DNA from: Patescibacteria group bacterium
GTDB lineage: Bacteria > Patescibacteriota > Minisyncoccia > UBA6257 > 2-01-FULL-56-20
Assembly: GCA_038057515.1 (NCBI GenBank)
Contig: JBBUDB010000017.1
Coordinates: 1 to 44,522, forward strand
DNA: 44,522 nucleotides
Direction of reading: 5' to 3'
Shown here: piece by piece, positions 18,150-27,188 of the stretch
Layout of the letters: each line of letters begins with the position of its first letter
Position numbering within the stretch: the first letter of the stretch is position 1
Made by a program: the position numbers and the translations under genes
The notes under the pieces: generated by a model
Told to the model about the DNA's origin: nothing
The model's database searches: none
Seen by the model: the letters and a program-made list of their open reading frames with translations, nothing else

Positions 18150-19064
18150 ATGCGCTTCTCCGTCATAGAAACTATCTATAAAGCCGGCCTCAAGGATCCG
18201 AATCTTTGCTTTATCACCGGTGATCTTGGGCACATGAATACGGCGGAGTTTCGCCGGGATTTCGCCGGCCGTTTTTGGAACGCTGGCATGTCCGAGCAGA
18301 ACATCATTGGCATGGCGGCGGGTTTAGCTCTTTCGGGCAAACAAGCGGTGGCCTATTCGATCGTGCCATTCATCACCCTCCGTTGTTACGAACAGATCAA
18401 GGTTGATGTTTGCGACCACAATGCGAACGTGATCATCGTCGGTGTCGGCGGGGGATTTGCCTACGGTTCGGCTGGGCCGACCCACTATTCAATTGAAGAG
18501 GTTGCGGCCTTGCGGGTACTGCCGAATATGAAGATAGTTTGTCCGGTTAATCCGACCGAAACCAGGGTTTTGACCGAGCAAATCTTGCGGGCCGGTGGAC
18601 CGGCCTACATTCGCATCGGTCGTGGTAAGGAACAAGATTTTGAGCTTGGATATGTTCCCGTGCTTGGCAAAGCCGGTGTTCTCCGGGCGGGAACGGATAT
18701 GACGATCATTGCAAGCGGCACGATCGGGACCGAAGCGCTTCGTGTCGCCGACATGTTGCAAGAAAAGGGATTTTCCGTCGAGGTGGCGAATATGCATACG
18801 ATAAAACCCATCGATGCGGATTTCATCGCCGATCGGGCGAAATCCCGGCGGGCCATCTTTACGCTCGAAGAACACAGCGTTCTCGGCGGTTTAGGCGGAG
18901 CCGTTGCCGAGGTGCTCGCAGAGCTTCCCGCGCGGCCGCTCTTCAAACGTTTCGGTGTTGCCGATATCTGGCCAGAGGTTGTCGGTTCCCAGCAATATCT
19001 TCGCGATCACACTGGTATTTCGGCTGAAAAGGTCGCGCTGGCAATCAAACGCATTCTTTCGTAA
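18150..19064 (+). CDS. transketolase, C-terminal (pyrimidine-binding) subunit
   Basis: FWNAGMSEQN, GMAAGLALSGK, GPTHYSIEEVAALRVLPNM, EEHSVLGGLG. Confidence 0.85.
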   Translation: MRFSVIETIYKAGLKDPNLCFITGDLGHMNTAEFRRDFAGRFWNAGMSEQNIIGMAAGLALSGKQAVAYSIVPFITLRCYEQIKVDVCDHNANVIIVGVGGGFAYGSAGPTHYSIEEVAALRVLPNMKIVCPVNPTETRVLTEQILRAGGPAYIRIGRGKEQDFELGYVPVLGKAGVLRAGTDMTIIASGTIGTEALRVADMLQEKGFSVEVANMHTIKPIDADFIADRAKSRRAIFTLEEHSVLGGLGGAVAEVLAELPARPLFKRFGVADIWPEVVGSQQYLRDHTGISAEKVALAIKRILS

Positions 19065-19068
19065 CCAG

Positions 19069-20070
19069 ATGATCATCACCCGAACTCCATTCCGCGTGTC
19101 GTTCTTTGGCGGAGGCACTGATTATCCCGTATGGTACGAGGAGAACGGCGGGGCCGTGCTATCGACGACGATAGACAAGTATTGCTATATTTTCGCTCGA
19201 GAGTTTCCGCCGTTCTTTCCTCAAAAGCTCCGCATCGTTTGGTCCAAGATCGAGTTGGCCGATAACCCCGACGGTATCGAGCACCCTTCTGTTCGTGAGG
19301 TTTTGAAACATCTTGGGCTTCGTGAGGGTATCGAGATTCATCATAACGGCGACTTGCCGGCACGTTCGGGTCTCGGCTCAAGCTCGGCGTTCACGGTGGG
19401 ACTCTTGCACGCGCTTCACGCCTTGAAGGGTGAAATGATGTCGAAGCACGATCTCGCCCACGAAGCGATCCACGTGGAACAAAATCTCATTGGCGAGAAC
19501 GTTGGTTCTCAAGACCAAGTGGCGGCGGCCTTCGGCGGATTCAACAAGATCACGTTTGCCTCAGGCAAGCGCATCGCTGTTGAGCCGATCGTGTTGCCGA
19601 ACGGCCAGCTCGATGAACTGCAAGATCACCTAGTACTTTTCTTTACGGGACTTTCGCGAAACGCTTCCGAGGTGGCCGCCGAGCAGATGCGAAATACGCC
19701 GAAGAAAAACGCAGAACTTAAAAGGATGCATGAGATGGTCGATGAGGCGATTGCCATCCTTAAAAAGGGTACGATGGCGATCGGTGATTTCGGCAGACTG
19801 CTTCATGAGACTTGGCAGTTAAAACGCAGCCTCTCGTCCTCAATCAGCACGTCGGCAATCGACGAGATCTACGACCGAGCTCGGAAGAACGGGGCGGTTG
19901 GCGGGAAACTCTTGGGCGCGGGGAGCGGTGGCTTCATGCTGCTTTTCGTGCCGCCAAAAGACCAGGAGCGGCTAAAGACGGCCCTCAAGGGTCTTTTGTA
20001 CGTTCCTTTCCGATTCGAAAACGCCGGTACGCAGATTATCTATTACGGCCCGAAGACAATTGCTCGTTAG
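19069..20070 (+). CDS. GHMP-family sugar kinase, HddA-like (D-glycero-D-manno-heptose 7-phosphate kinase type)
   Basis: TPFRVSFFGGGTDYP, DLPARSGLGSSSAF (GHMP motif II), GKLLGAGSGGF. The listed ORF from 18904 overlaps the transketolase, so the ATG at 19069 is preferred. Confidence 0.65.
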   Translation: MIITRTPFRVSFFGGGTDYPVWYEENGGAVLSTTIDKYCYIFAREFPPFFPQKLRIVWSKIELADNPDGIEHPSVREVLKHLGLREGIEIHHNGDLPARSGLGSSSAFTVGLLHALHALKGEMMSKHDLAHEAIHVEQNLIGENVGSQDQVAAAFGGFNKITFASGKRIAVEPIVLPNGQLDELQDHLVLFFTGLSRNASEVAAEQMRNTPKKNAELKRMHEMVDEAIAILKKGTMAIGDFGRLLHETWQLKRSLSSSISTSAIDEIYDRARKNGAVGGKLLGAGSGGFMLLFVPPKDQERLKTALKGLLYVPFRFENAGTQIIYYGPKTIAR

Positions 20071-20076
20071 CCGCCG

Positions 20077-21033
20077 ATGAACACGCAGAATCCGAAACTC
20101 TCCATCGTTGTTCCGGCGTTGAATGCCGAGCGGTACCTGGACGCAACCATCCAAACCGTCCTTGATCAGACTTTTCAGGATTGGGAGATGGTGATCGCCG
20201 ATGGCGGTTCCAAAGACCGAACGCGCGAGATGCTTTCGGCCTATGCCGCCGGGGATCCGCGCATTCGGCCGGTGTTCAAGCCCGACGAGAGTCCGTTTCA
20301 TGGAATTTGGAACGGTGTTGCCGAAGCCCGAGGCGATTATCTCTGTATTTTAGCCATTTCGGACGGCTATCTCGATCGGGAGTGGCTCGCGAAGTGCGTC
20401 GCGGCTCTCGATACCGATCCGGAGCTTTCGATCGTGTGGGGGATTCCGTTCGACATGAGCGAGGCGGGTGAGATTCTCGGTCCCGCCTACGTTTACGCCC
20501 ATTTTCTTGAGGGTGATTTTCCAGGTCGCCGCCCGTCGGTGCTGAAAAAAATCCTCACGAAGATTGACCTCCGGCACCCATCATCCATCTTTACGCTGTT
20601 CGGTAAGGTAAACCGGGCGAACGTCGCGGCCGCTCGCCAAATGCTCGGCCATGTGACCGTCTCTCAAAAACGCGACTGGTTTCGCTATTGGCTTCGGACC
20701 GGCACTATTTTCCCTGATGGCAACACCGTGCTTTCCCGCCGGGTGTTCCTCGAGTGCATGCCGCCCTATCGGATGGGCACCCGAGAGCCCGGGGATTGGA
20801 TGGGATTTTATTTCAACTTGAACAGTAAGGGCTATCTTGCTCGTTGCCTCCCGACGCCCGCGAATTCTGGCCGGATTAACGCGGGGCAGGTGAGCGAGGT
20901 ATGGAAGAAATATAACGACGATAATCGCCGCGAATATTTTACGAAGCTCGCAGCTTTCCGGCGGCAGACCGCCGAACGCCCCGGATCGTTCCACTTCGTC
21001 GACCGCGACGGCAACGCGCTACTAAACCAATGA
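20077..21033 (+). CDS. family 2 glycosyltransferase
   Basis: LSIVVPALNAERYL...VIADGGSKDRT. Confidence 0.75.
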   Translation: MNTQNPKLSIVVPALNAERYLDATIQTVLDQTFQDWEMVIADGGSKDRTREMLSAYAAGDPRIRPVFKPDESPFHGIWNGVAEARGDYLCILAISDGYLDREWLAKCVAALDTDPELSIVWGIPFDMSEAGEILGPAYVYAHFLEGDFPGRRPSVLKKILTKIDLRHPSSIFTLFGKVNRANVAAARQMLGHVTVSQKRDWFRYWLRTGTIFPDGNTVLSRRVFLECMPPYRMGTREPGDWMGFYFNLNSKGYLARCLPTPANSGRINAGQVSEVWKKYNDDNRREYFTKLAAFRRQTAERPGSFHFVDRDGNALLNQ

Positions 21034-22898
21034 AACTTCACCTCGGTTGCGGAGAAAAATATCTTCCCGGGTATGTCAACATCGACCATCCGGCGACGGA
21101 GCATACGGTGATAGACGTGCGGGCGGACATTTACGCCGATATCCGCACGCTTTCCTACGCCGAGAACTCCATCGAGGAGATCCGCAATCATCACATGTTC
21201 GAGCACTTCACCCGCACCGAAGCGCTGAAATTGCTCTTGACCTGGCGCCGGTGGTTGATGCCCGATGGGCGGCTCGTCATCGAAACACCAGACTTTGCGG
21301 CATCGGTTCGCGCCTATGTTCGCGCCTGGTCGCGCCGCCGCCGGCTCCAACTCGGGCGCCATATCTTCGGTTCCCAGGAAGCGGCTTGGGCGAATCATCT
21401 CGATTTTTGGGACGAAGGCAAATTCCGGTTCGTGCTCACGCGGCTGGGATTCAAAAATATCCGCGTCCGTCGCTTCCGGAACTCTTTCGCCCAGCATTTT
21501 TCGCCGAGCCGCCTTACCGACCCGTTCTTCAACGCCGTCGGCAACCTACTGCCCGAATCATTCTATCGGGATCATGGCGGTAATAAGATGCCGAACATTC
21601 TGGTCGTTTCCGAAAAAGACGGCGGTTTCGAAGCGAACGATAGAACCGCCGTTTGGGAGATCCTCTCGGAGTATCTTGTCGGCCGGGAAGGCGACAAGCT
21701 TTTGAACGCGTGGTTTGCGGAGATGCGCTTCTCTTCAGTGCGCCCGGGCCCGGAGCGGCTACGGCTTTTGTTTACGGTGGAATTCTATGAACCGAGAATC
21801 GGCGGCGCCGAGGCGGTGGTGCGCCAGCTCGCCGAACGCCTGGCCCGCGAGGGCCACGACGTGACGGTTGCCACCACGCGCCTAAGGGGATCTCCCCGTC
21901 CCGCCGAAATGAACGGCGTTCGGATCCGGGAATTCCGCCTTTCCGGCAATGTGGTCACGGGGATCGGGGGTAGCCGCGTCGAAGTCAGCCGCTACCAGGC
22001 GCTCCTTGGGGGCGATTTCGATCTGGTTTTGAACTATGCCGCCCAGAGCTGGACGACCGACCTCGCTCTGCCGATCCTCGATACCATGTCGGCGAAGAAG
22101 GTGATGGTGCCCTGCGGCTATTCCGGCTTGCGGAACGCCCGCTACCGCGAGTATTTCGCGCAACTGCCAGCGTTTCTCGCGCGCTACGATGCCCTCGTCT
22201 ACATGTCGCCGAACTACCGGGATAAGGTCTTCGGCGATGAACACGAACTGGGCGCGCGGGCGGTCTTGATTCCGAACGGCGCGGCGGCGGAAGAGTTTTC
22301 GTCCGGAACGAATAACGATCTGCGGCAACGTTTCGATATTCGCACTCCGCACGTTGTGATCTCTGTGGCCAATCACTATGTGGCCAAGGGGCACGATTTC
22401 GTGATAGACGCTTTCCGGAAGATGCACCGCCGCGATACGACGCTTCTCATCGTGGGCGCCGAAGGATTGCCGCGAACATGGAAAGAGTGGGGGCATTGGA
22501 TGCTCGACTACGTTCCGTGCCTCTGGCACCGGTGGACCACGCCGAACGTCCGTCTGGTGGACGGTCGCCGTCGTGAGGACGTTCTCGCCGCGTACAAGAT
22601 CGCGGACGTTTTTCTTTTCGGTTCACGCGTCGAATGCGCCCCGCTCGTCATGTACGAATCATTCGCCGCTGGCGTACCGTTCGTAACCCGCGAAGTCGGT
22701 AACGTAACCGATCACCGGTCGGCGATTAAGATCATCTACACGCCGACAGAAATGGCGGTTGCGGCCAACGATCTCCTTGACCACCCGGACGGACATCGGG
22801 CGCTCGTCGAAGAGGGGCGCAAGGTTTGGCGCGCCGGTCACGATTGGGGAAAGATCGCTGATACTTATGAGAAACTTTTTGATCGTTTGGCTTCCTAG
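21030..22898 (+). CDS. fusion protein: N-terminal SAM methyltransferase plus C-terminal GT4 (group 1) glycosyltransferase
   Basis: MKLHLGCGEKYLPGYVNID and HMFEHF (Methyltransf_11/23-like) for about 200 aa. Then GGAEAVVRQLAERLAREGHDVTV and a C-terminal EC.PLVMYESFAAGVPFV GT-B block. Confidence 0.7.
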   Translation: MKLHLGCGEKYLPGYVNIDHPATEHTVIDVRADIYADIRTLSYAENSIEEIRNHHMFEHFTRTEALKLLLTWRRWLMPDGRLVIETPDFAASVRAYVRAWSRRRRLQLGRHIFGSQEAAWANHLDFWDEGKFRFVLTRLGFKNIRVRRFRNSFAQHFSPSRLTDPFFNAVGNLLPESFYRDHGGNKMPNILVVSEKDGGFEANDRTAVWEILSEYLVGREGDKLLNAWFAEMRFSSVRPGPERLRLLFTVEFYEPRIGGAEAVVRQLAERLAREGHDVTVATTRLRGSPRPAEMNGVRIREFRLSGNVVTGIGGSRVEVSRYQALLGGDFDLVLNYAAQSWTTDLALPILDTMSAKKVMVPCGYSGLRNARYREYFAQLPAFLARYDALVYMSPNYRDKVFGDEHELGARAVLIPNGAAAEEFSSGTNNDLRQRFDIRTPHVVISVANHYVAKGHDFVIDAFRKMHRRDTTLLIVGAEGLPRTWKEWGHWMLDYVPCLWHRWTTPNVRLVDGRRREDVLAAYKIADVFLFGSRVECAPLVMYESFAAGVPFVTREVGNVTDHRSAIKIIYTPTEMAVAANDLLDHPDGHRALVEEGRKVWRAGHDWGKIADTYEKLFDRLAS

Positions 22899-24237
22899 GG
22901 CGGCGGCCGCGTTTTTTGCCGTGGCGATTTTCTTGCTCACTTGGCGGGTCGGCTGGCCATGGGCGGCACTGAAATTCTCGGAGTTTTTCTTCGCTCTCGC
23001 CCTGGGATCGCTTGGCTTAACCCTTATGATATCCGCGCCAGCGCGCGCCCGTCTCTGGCGCATCCTGCTCGTCCTGCGCGTTGAGGGGCGGTGGCTCGGC
23101 TTGCTTCTTCTTGCCGCAGTCATTGGGCATGCCGCGAGCATTTTTTTGTCTCTCGACTGGCAGGCCTACGCCGGCGAGATCTGGCTGGAATATAGTCGGT
23201 TGCTCTTATCGGTTTTGCTGTTCTTTGCGGTTATTTACCTTTGCGTTGCGTTTCGGAATTTAAACGCGTATCTTCTCGGCATCGTGATCGTTTCGCCGCT
23301 TACTCTGTGGGCGTCTCTCTTCCCGGCTTGGTATCGGGTGTTTTTCCTCGCCGTTGACGAACGTTTGCGCGGGCCAGGCAGTGATCCGAATTACCTGGGT
23401 AGCTGGCTTGGGTTGGGCGTAATCACCGCCTTCGCCGTTTTTCTTTGGGCGAGAGGCGGGCGGCGCTGGCTGGGTTTATCGGGAATGGTCGGCCTGTTTC
23501 CGCTTCTGCTCTGGACCTCTTCCCGGGGCGCAATCTTGGCTGTCGGTTTGGGGTTTGCCGCCACAGGCTTGAAATATGTGTTGGGCGGCTTCACGCTCCG
23601 GCGCGCGGGTTCGGTCGCGACGGCTCTCACGGCGCTCCTCGTCGGATTTTGGTTATCGTTTGCCGCGGCGCCTCCCCCGGTTCGTGCCGCCATAACTGAT
23701 CGTCTTGTGGTGCCTTTTGTCGGCAGACAAAGCGCGATAGTGATGTTTTTGAACCCGGGCCTCCGCGCCGCTTCGGGCAGTTTAAGCGGCGTGGAGGCGC
23801 CGGTTTTTGAATTAGGCGCGGATCGCCGTAAGCTGTTCTTCGGTGGCGGTCGCCTTTTGCTCGGACATCCCTTTGGCTTCGGCCCGGCTTATTATCGCTG
23901 GCAGCCGGTTGCTTATGCCGGAGACGGCGCCAAGCTCGGCCCTCACAATTTATTTCTAGAAGCGGGACTGACCGGGGGCTATTTGGGCCTCATCGCCCTT
24001 CTTGGTTTTCTTTGGAGCATTGCTCGCCGGTTGGCCGGGTTTTCCTCCGGCGAAAATTGGGTTGGCGGCGCCTTAATCGGGTGTTTTGTGGCGCTTCTCG
24101 CCGTTTCGTTTTCTCTCGACACGCTTACGTTACGGTGGCTGTGGCTTATCATGGGTCTCGTCGTCGCGCGTTCTTTGGATAGTGATTTAACTATCGCGTC
24201 GAGCGAAGGGTTGAGAGACAATGGCGATGAATCGTAA
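22867..24237 (+). CDS. Wzy_C-family O-antigen polymerase/ligase-like membrane protein
   Basis: About 10 or more hydrophobic segments. WTSSRGAILAVGLGF loop, HNLFLEAGLTGG. The ATG at 22867 overlaps the upstream gene by 32 nt. Confidence 0.65.
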   Translation: MRNFLIVWLPRAAAAFFAVAIFLLTWRVGWPWAALKFSEFFFALALGSLGLTLMISAPARARLWRILLVLRVEGRWLGLLLLAAVIGHAASIFLSLDWQAYAGEIWLEYSRLLLSVLLFFAVIYLCVAFRNLNAYLLGIVIVSPLTLWASLFPAWYRVFFLAVDERLRGPGSDPNYLGSWLGLGVITAFAVFLWARGGRRWLGLSGMVGLFPLLLWTSSRGAILAVGLGFAATGLKYVLGGFTLRRAGSVATALTALLVGFWLSFAAAPPPVRAAITDRLVVPFVGRQSAIVMFLNPGLRAASGSLSGVEAPVFELGADRRKLFFGGGRLLLGHPFGFGPAYYRWQPVAYAGDGAKLGPHNLFLEAGLTGGYLGLIALLGFLWSIARRLAGFSSGENWVGGALIGCFVALLAVSFSLDTLTLRWLWLIMGLVVARSLDSDLTIASSEGLRDNGDES

Positions 24238-24814
24238 GTTAAAAAAGCGCGCTGTTTTTCTCGATCGTGACGGTACCCTGGTGCATCTGAAGCTTGGGGA
24301 GTACACAACCAGTCCTAAGCAATTACGTCTTTTGCCCGGCGCCGCCACGGCAGTCCGGGCCTTAAATCGGATAGGATATTCGGTGGTTATCATTACAAAT
24401 CAGGGCGTTATTGCGAAGGGAAAAACGACGCACAAGGAAGTTGACTATTTGCACGCAATACTTATCGATCGATTAGGAAAGAAAGGAGCGCGCGTGGACG
24501 CCGTTTATTACTGCCCGCACCACCCCGAGGGGAAGATCCCGAAATATGCCATTCGTTGCCGCTGTCGGAAGCCGGAGATCGGCATGATCACCAAGGCCAT
24601 GAAAGATATGAGTATTGATATGAAAAAAAGTTTCTTGATCGGCGACACAACGGGCGATATTCTGACCGGCCATCGCGCGGGCCTTACTACCATCTTGGTC
24701 AAAACCGGCTATGGCGGACGGGATAAGAAGCACGACGTGAAACCGGATTTCGTTGTTCGCAATCTCACCGCCGCCGTGCGCTATATCAAGAAACATGCCC
24801 AACCCCAAGGTTAG
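24221..24814 (+). CDS. gmhB: D-glycero-D-manno-heptose 1,7-bisphosphate phosphatase (HAD, GmhB type)
   Basis: FLDRDGTL, TNQGVIAKG, zinc motif CPHHP...CRCRKP, GDTTGDI. Confidence 0.8.
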   Translation: MAMNRKLKKRAVFLDRDGTLVHLKLGEYTTSPKQLRLLPGAATAVRALNRIGYSVVIITNQGVIAKGKTTHKEVDYLHAILIDRLGKKGARVDAVYYCPHHPEGKIPKYAIRCRCRKPEIGMITKAMKDMSIDMKKSFLIGDTTGDILTGHRAGLTTILVKTGYGGRDKKHDVKPDFVVRNLTAAVRYIKKHAQPQG

Positions 24815-25622
24815 CATCCTTCTGCCCGTCTATAACGGCGCGCGCTTCATTGCCGACGCAATAAAGAGCGTTCTGGCCCAGACCTTCCGCGACTGGGAGC
24901 TCATCGTGCTTGATGACGGCTCGACCGACGAGACGGAGGCAGTCGCTAAGAAAGCCGCCCTCGCCGACCGGCGCATCCGCTATAAGCCGAACGGAACCAA
25001 CCTCGGAATCCAGAAAACTCTGAACCGGGGACTTGAACTCGCTTGCGGCGAGTACGTCGCGCGGATTGATGACGATGACGAGTGGGCCGACCCGGAAAAA
25101 CTGGCTGCCCAGGTTTCCTTTCTCGACGTGCATGGCGACTACGCCCTCGTCGGCACCGGCGCCGTGGTCGTCGATGAAGACGGCCGCGAGCTCTTCCGAT
25201 ATCTTTTTCCGGAAAGAGACGCCGCGATCCGCAAACGAATACTTTTCAAGAACTGCTTTATCCACTCAAGCGTACTTTTCCGGCGGGCGGCAGTCATGGC
25301 GCTCGGGGGTTATGGCGAGGGCGAGACGACGCGCCATGTCGAGGACTACGATCTTTGGCTTCGCTTAGGGCGGACAGCGAAGTTCGCCAATTTGCCGCGA
25401 TACGCCGTTCGCTTCCGCCTCCGGCCGGGAAATATCAGTTCGCAAAATAAGGCCGAGCAATTACGTCGAGGTCTAGTGCTCGCGTGGCGTTACGGTGCGG
25501 ATTACCGGAACCGATTCCTTGCGGCGGTGTTTGGCGCCCTCCGTCTTTTCGGGTATCGGATATTCTTATTTTTGCCGATGACTGTCCGGCAGTCCATTCT
25601 CCGAAGATACAAACAATTCTAG
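24795..25622 (+). CDS. family 2 glycosyltransferase
   Basis: VSILLPVYNGARFI...LDDGSTDET...DDDDEW. The ATG at 24795 overlaps gmhB by 20 nt. Confidence 0.75.
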   Translation: MPNPKVSILLPVYNGARFIADAIKSVLAQTFRDWELIVLDDGSTDETEAVAKKAALADRRIRYKPNGTNLGIQKTLNRGLELACGEYVARIDDDDEWADPEKLAAQVSFLDVHGDYALVGTGAVVVDEDGRELFRYLFPERDAAIRKRILFKNCFIHSSVLFRRAAVMALGGYGEGETTRHVEDYDLWLRLGRTAKFANLPRYAVRFRLRPGNISSQNKAEQLRRGLVLAWRYGADYRNRFLAAVFGALRLFGYRIFLFLPMTVRQSILRRYKQF

Positions 25623-27118
25623 GCGCCACGGAGCCCGCCGAGCGTTCTTCGCGCCTCGCGGAGGATCGGTTCGCGGAGCAGGACGAGGATGGCGAAATAT
25701 ACAAGAGCAGAAATGGCGATATTAACGACCGTCGAAGCGCCAATGGCGTCGAGGCCGTAGACGATTGCCGCCATGGCGATGGTGGCGGGAATGATCTTTT
25801 TGAGGTGTGGCAGAATATGGAAGGGCAAAACGAACTTGGTGACCCGCCAGAGGTAGGCGATGGCGACGAACTGCACGATAAAGGTGGCAATCGCTGAACC
25901 GATGATACCGAACGGCGGGATGAGCAGAATATCCAGGATGACGTTCAGCCCACCGCCGATAGCGGCATAAATGATGAGGTAGCGTTGACGGTCGTAGGCG
26001 AAAACGACATTGCTTAAGATGACCCCGGCAAAGGTTGCGGCGAGCGTGAGGGTTAAGATCGCGAACGCCGGGGCGGCGGGCGAATAGGCATCGCCGAAAA
26101 GTGTTTGAATGATGCCCGGCGCGAGGAGCCATCCGCCGGCCATAATCGGCAGAGCGGCGAGGAATGCGACGCCGAGGGTGAACTCCGTGAGTCGTCGCGC
26201 TCTTACGGCATCGTGTTTCGCAGTCCGGGCCAGTGCCGGAAAAATACTCGTGGCGAGCACGCCGGGAATGAGATAGAGGAAGAAAACGACGCGCTGGGCC
26301 ACCGAATAAAAGCCGACCTCTTCGGCCGTGCGCAACCAGCCGATGAGCAGCACGTCCGTGCTAATCATTAACCCGCCCAAAAGGCCGGAGAGCGCGAAGG
26401 GCCAGGCGGAAGCGAGAATCGGCCGGACGAGTTTACGCTCGAAGTGCGAAAAGGGCTTTCGGAGGTGGTCACGGAGCGGTAGAAGGGCCGCCACGGCGCC
26501 CAGGCCCGTACCAACCGCATAGCTCCAGGCAAACGAAGTGATTGTGGGCGAGAGGGCGAGAAAGACGAAGCCGAGTCCGGTGATCGCGGCATTCGTGAAA
26601 ATGAAGGCGCGCGCCTCGAACTCCATTTTTTCGTGCGCCCGGATGACGGCGAAGCCGAAGTCGCGGATGGTATCGAAGGCGAGAATAATGGCGACGATCG
26701 GCAGGATGGCGCGCGTGGCGGCAAGCGAGGTGATGACGGGGCCGAAGAAGACGACAAAAAGCATACTCGGCGCGAGAAGAACGACCTTCATGATGAGCGC
26801 TGTCGCAAGATAGCGAGTCTGCTCGGCTGGATCGCTGCGCTTCGTGATTTCGCGCGTTAAGATGCTGTTCACGCCGAAGTCCGTGACGATGGTGAGCATG
26901 CCGATGAGAGTGATGGCGTAGGAAAAAGCGCCCCACTCGCCGGCGCCGAGAACCCGCGCGGCATAGACGATGATAATTGCCCGCAAGAGACGCCCGCCGA
27001 CGTTCGAGACGGTGAGCCAAAAAGTATTTTTTGCGAGCGTTTGGCGGACACTCGTATTATGGAACAAAAATGACCTTACCCCGTAAAATCCTCGGGAGAT
27101 TTTTGCCTTCAGCGTCAT
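25619..27118 (-). CDS. Wzx-type (MOP superfamily) polysaccharide flippase
   Basis: About 14 hydrophobic segments, typical length. ATG at 27118; the listed ORF starts two codons earlier at a TTG. Its stop shares a CTAG with the convergent GT2 gene. Confidence 0.7.
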   Translation of the reverse strand: MTLKAKISRGFYGVRSFLFHNTSVRQTLAKNTFWLTVSNVGGRLLRAIIIVYAARVLGAGEWGAFSYAITLIGMLTIVTDFGVNSILTREITKRSDPAEQTRYLATALIMKVVLLAPSMLFVVFFGPVITSLAATRAILPIVAIILAFDTIRDFGFAVIRAHEKMEFEARAFIFTNAAITGLGFVFLALSPTITSFAWSYAVGTGLGAVAALLPLRDHLRKPFSHFERKLVRPILASAWPFALSGLLGGLMISTDVLLIGWLRTAEEVGFYSVAQRVVFFLYLIPGVLATSIFPALARTAKHDAVRARRLTEFTLGVAFLAALPIMAGGWLLAPGIIQTLFGDAYSPAAPAFAILTLTLAATFAGVILSNVVFAYDRQRYLIIYAAIGGGLNVILDILLIPPFGIIGSAIATFIVQFVAIAYLWRVTKFVLPFHILPHLKKIIPATIAMAAIVYGLDAIGASTVVNIAISALVYFAILVLLREPILREARRTLGGLRGA

Positions 27119-27188
27119 GTTCAACTAGCCTTTGTTAAATAGTTCTTGATTAAAACTCCGGTTTTTCAGCACGTAATGATCTACGGGG

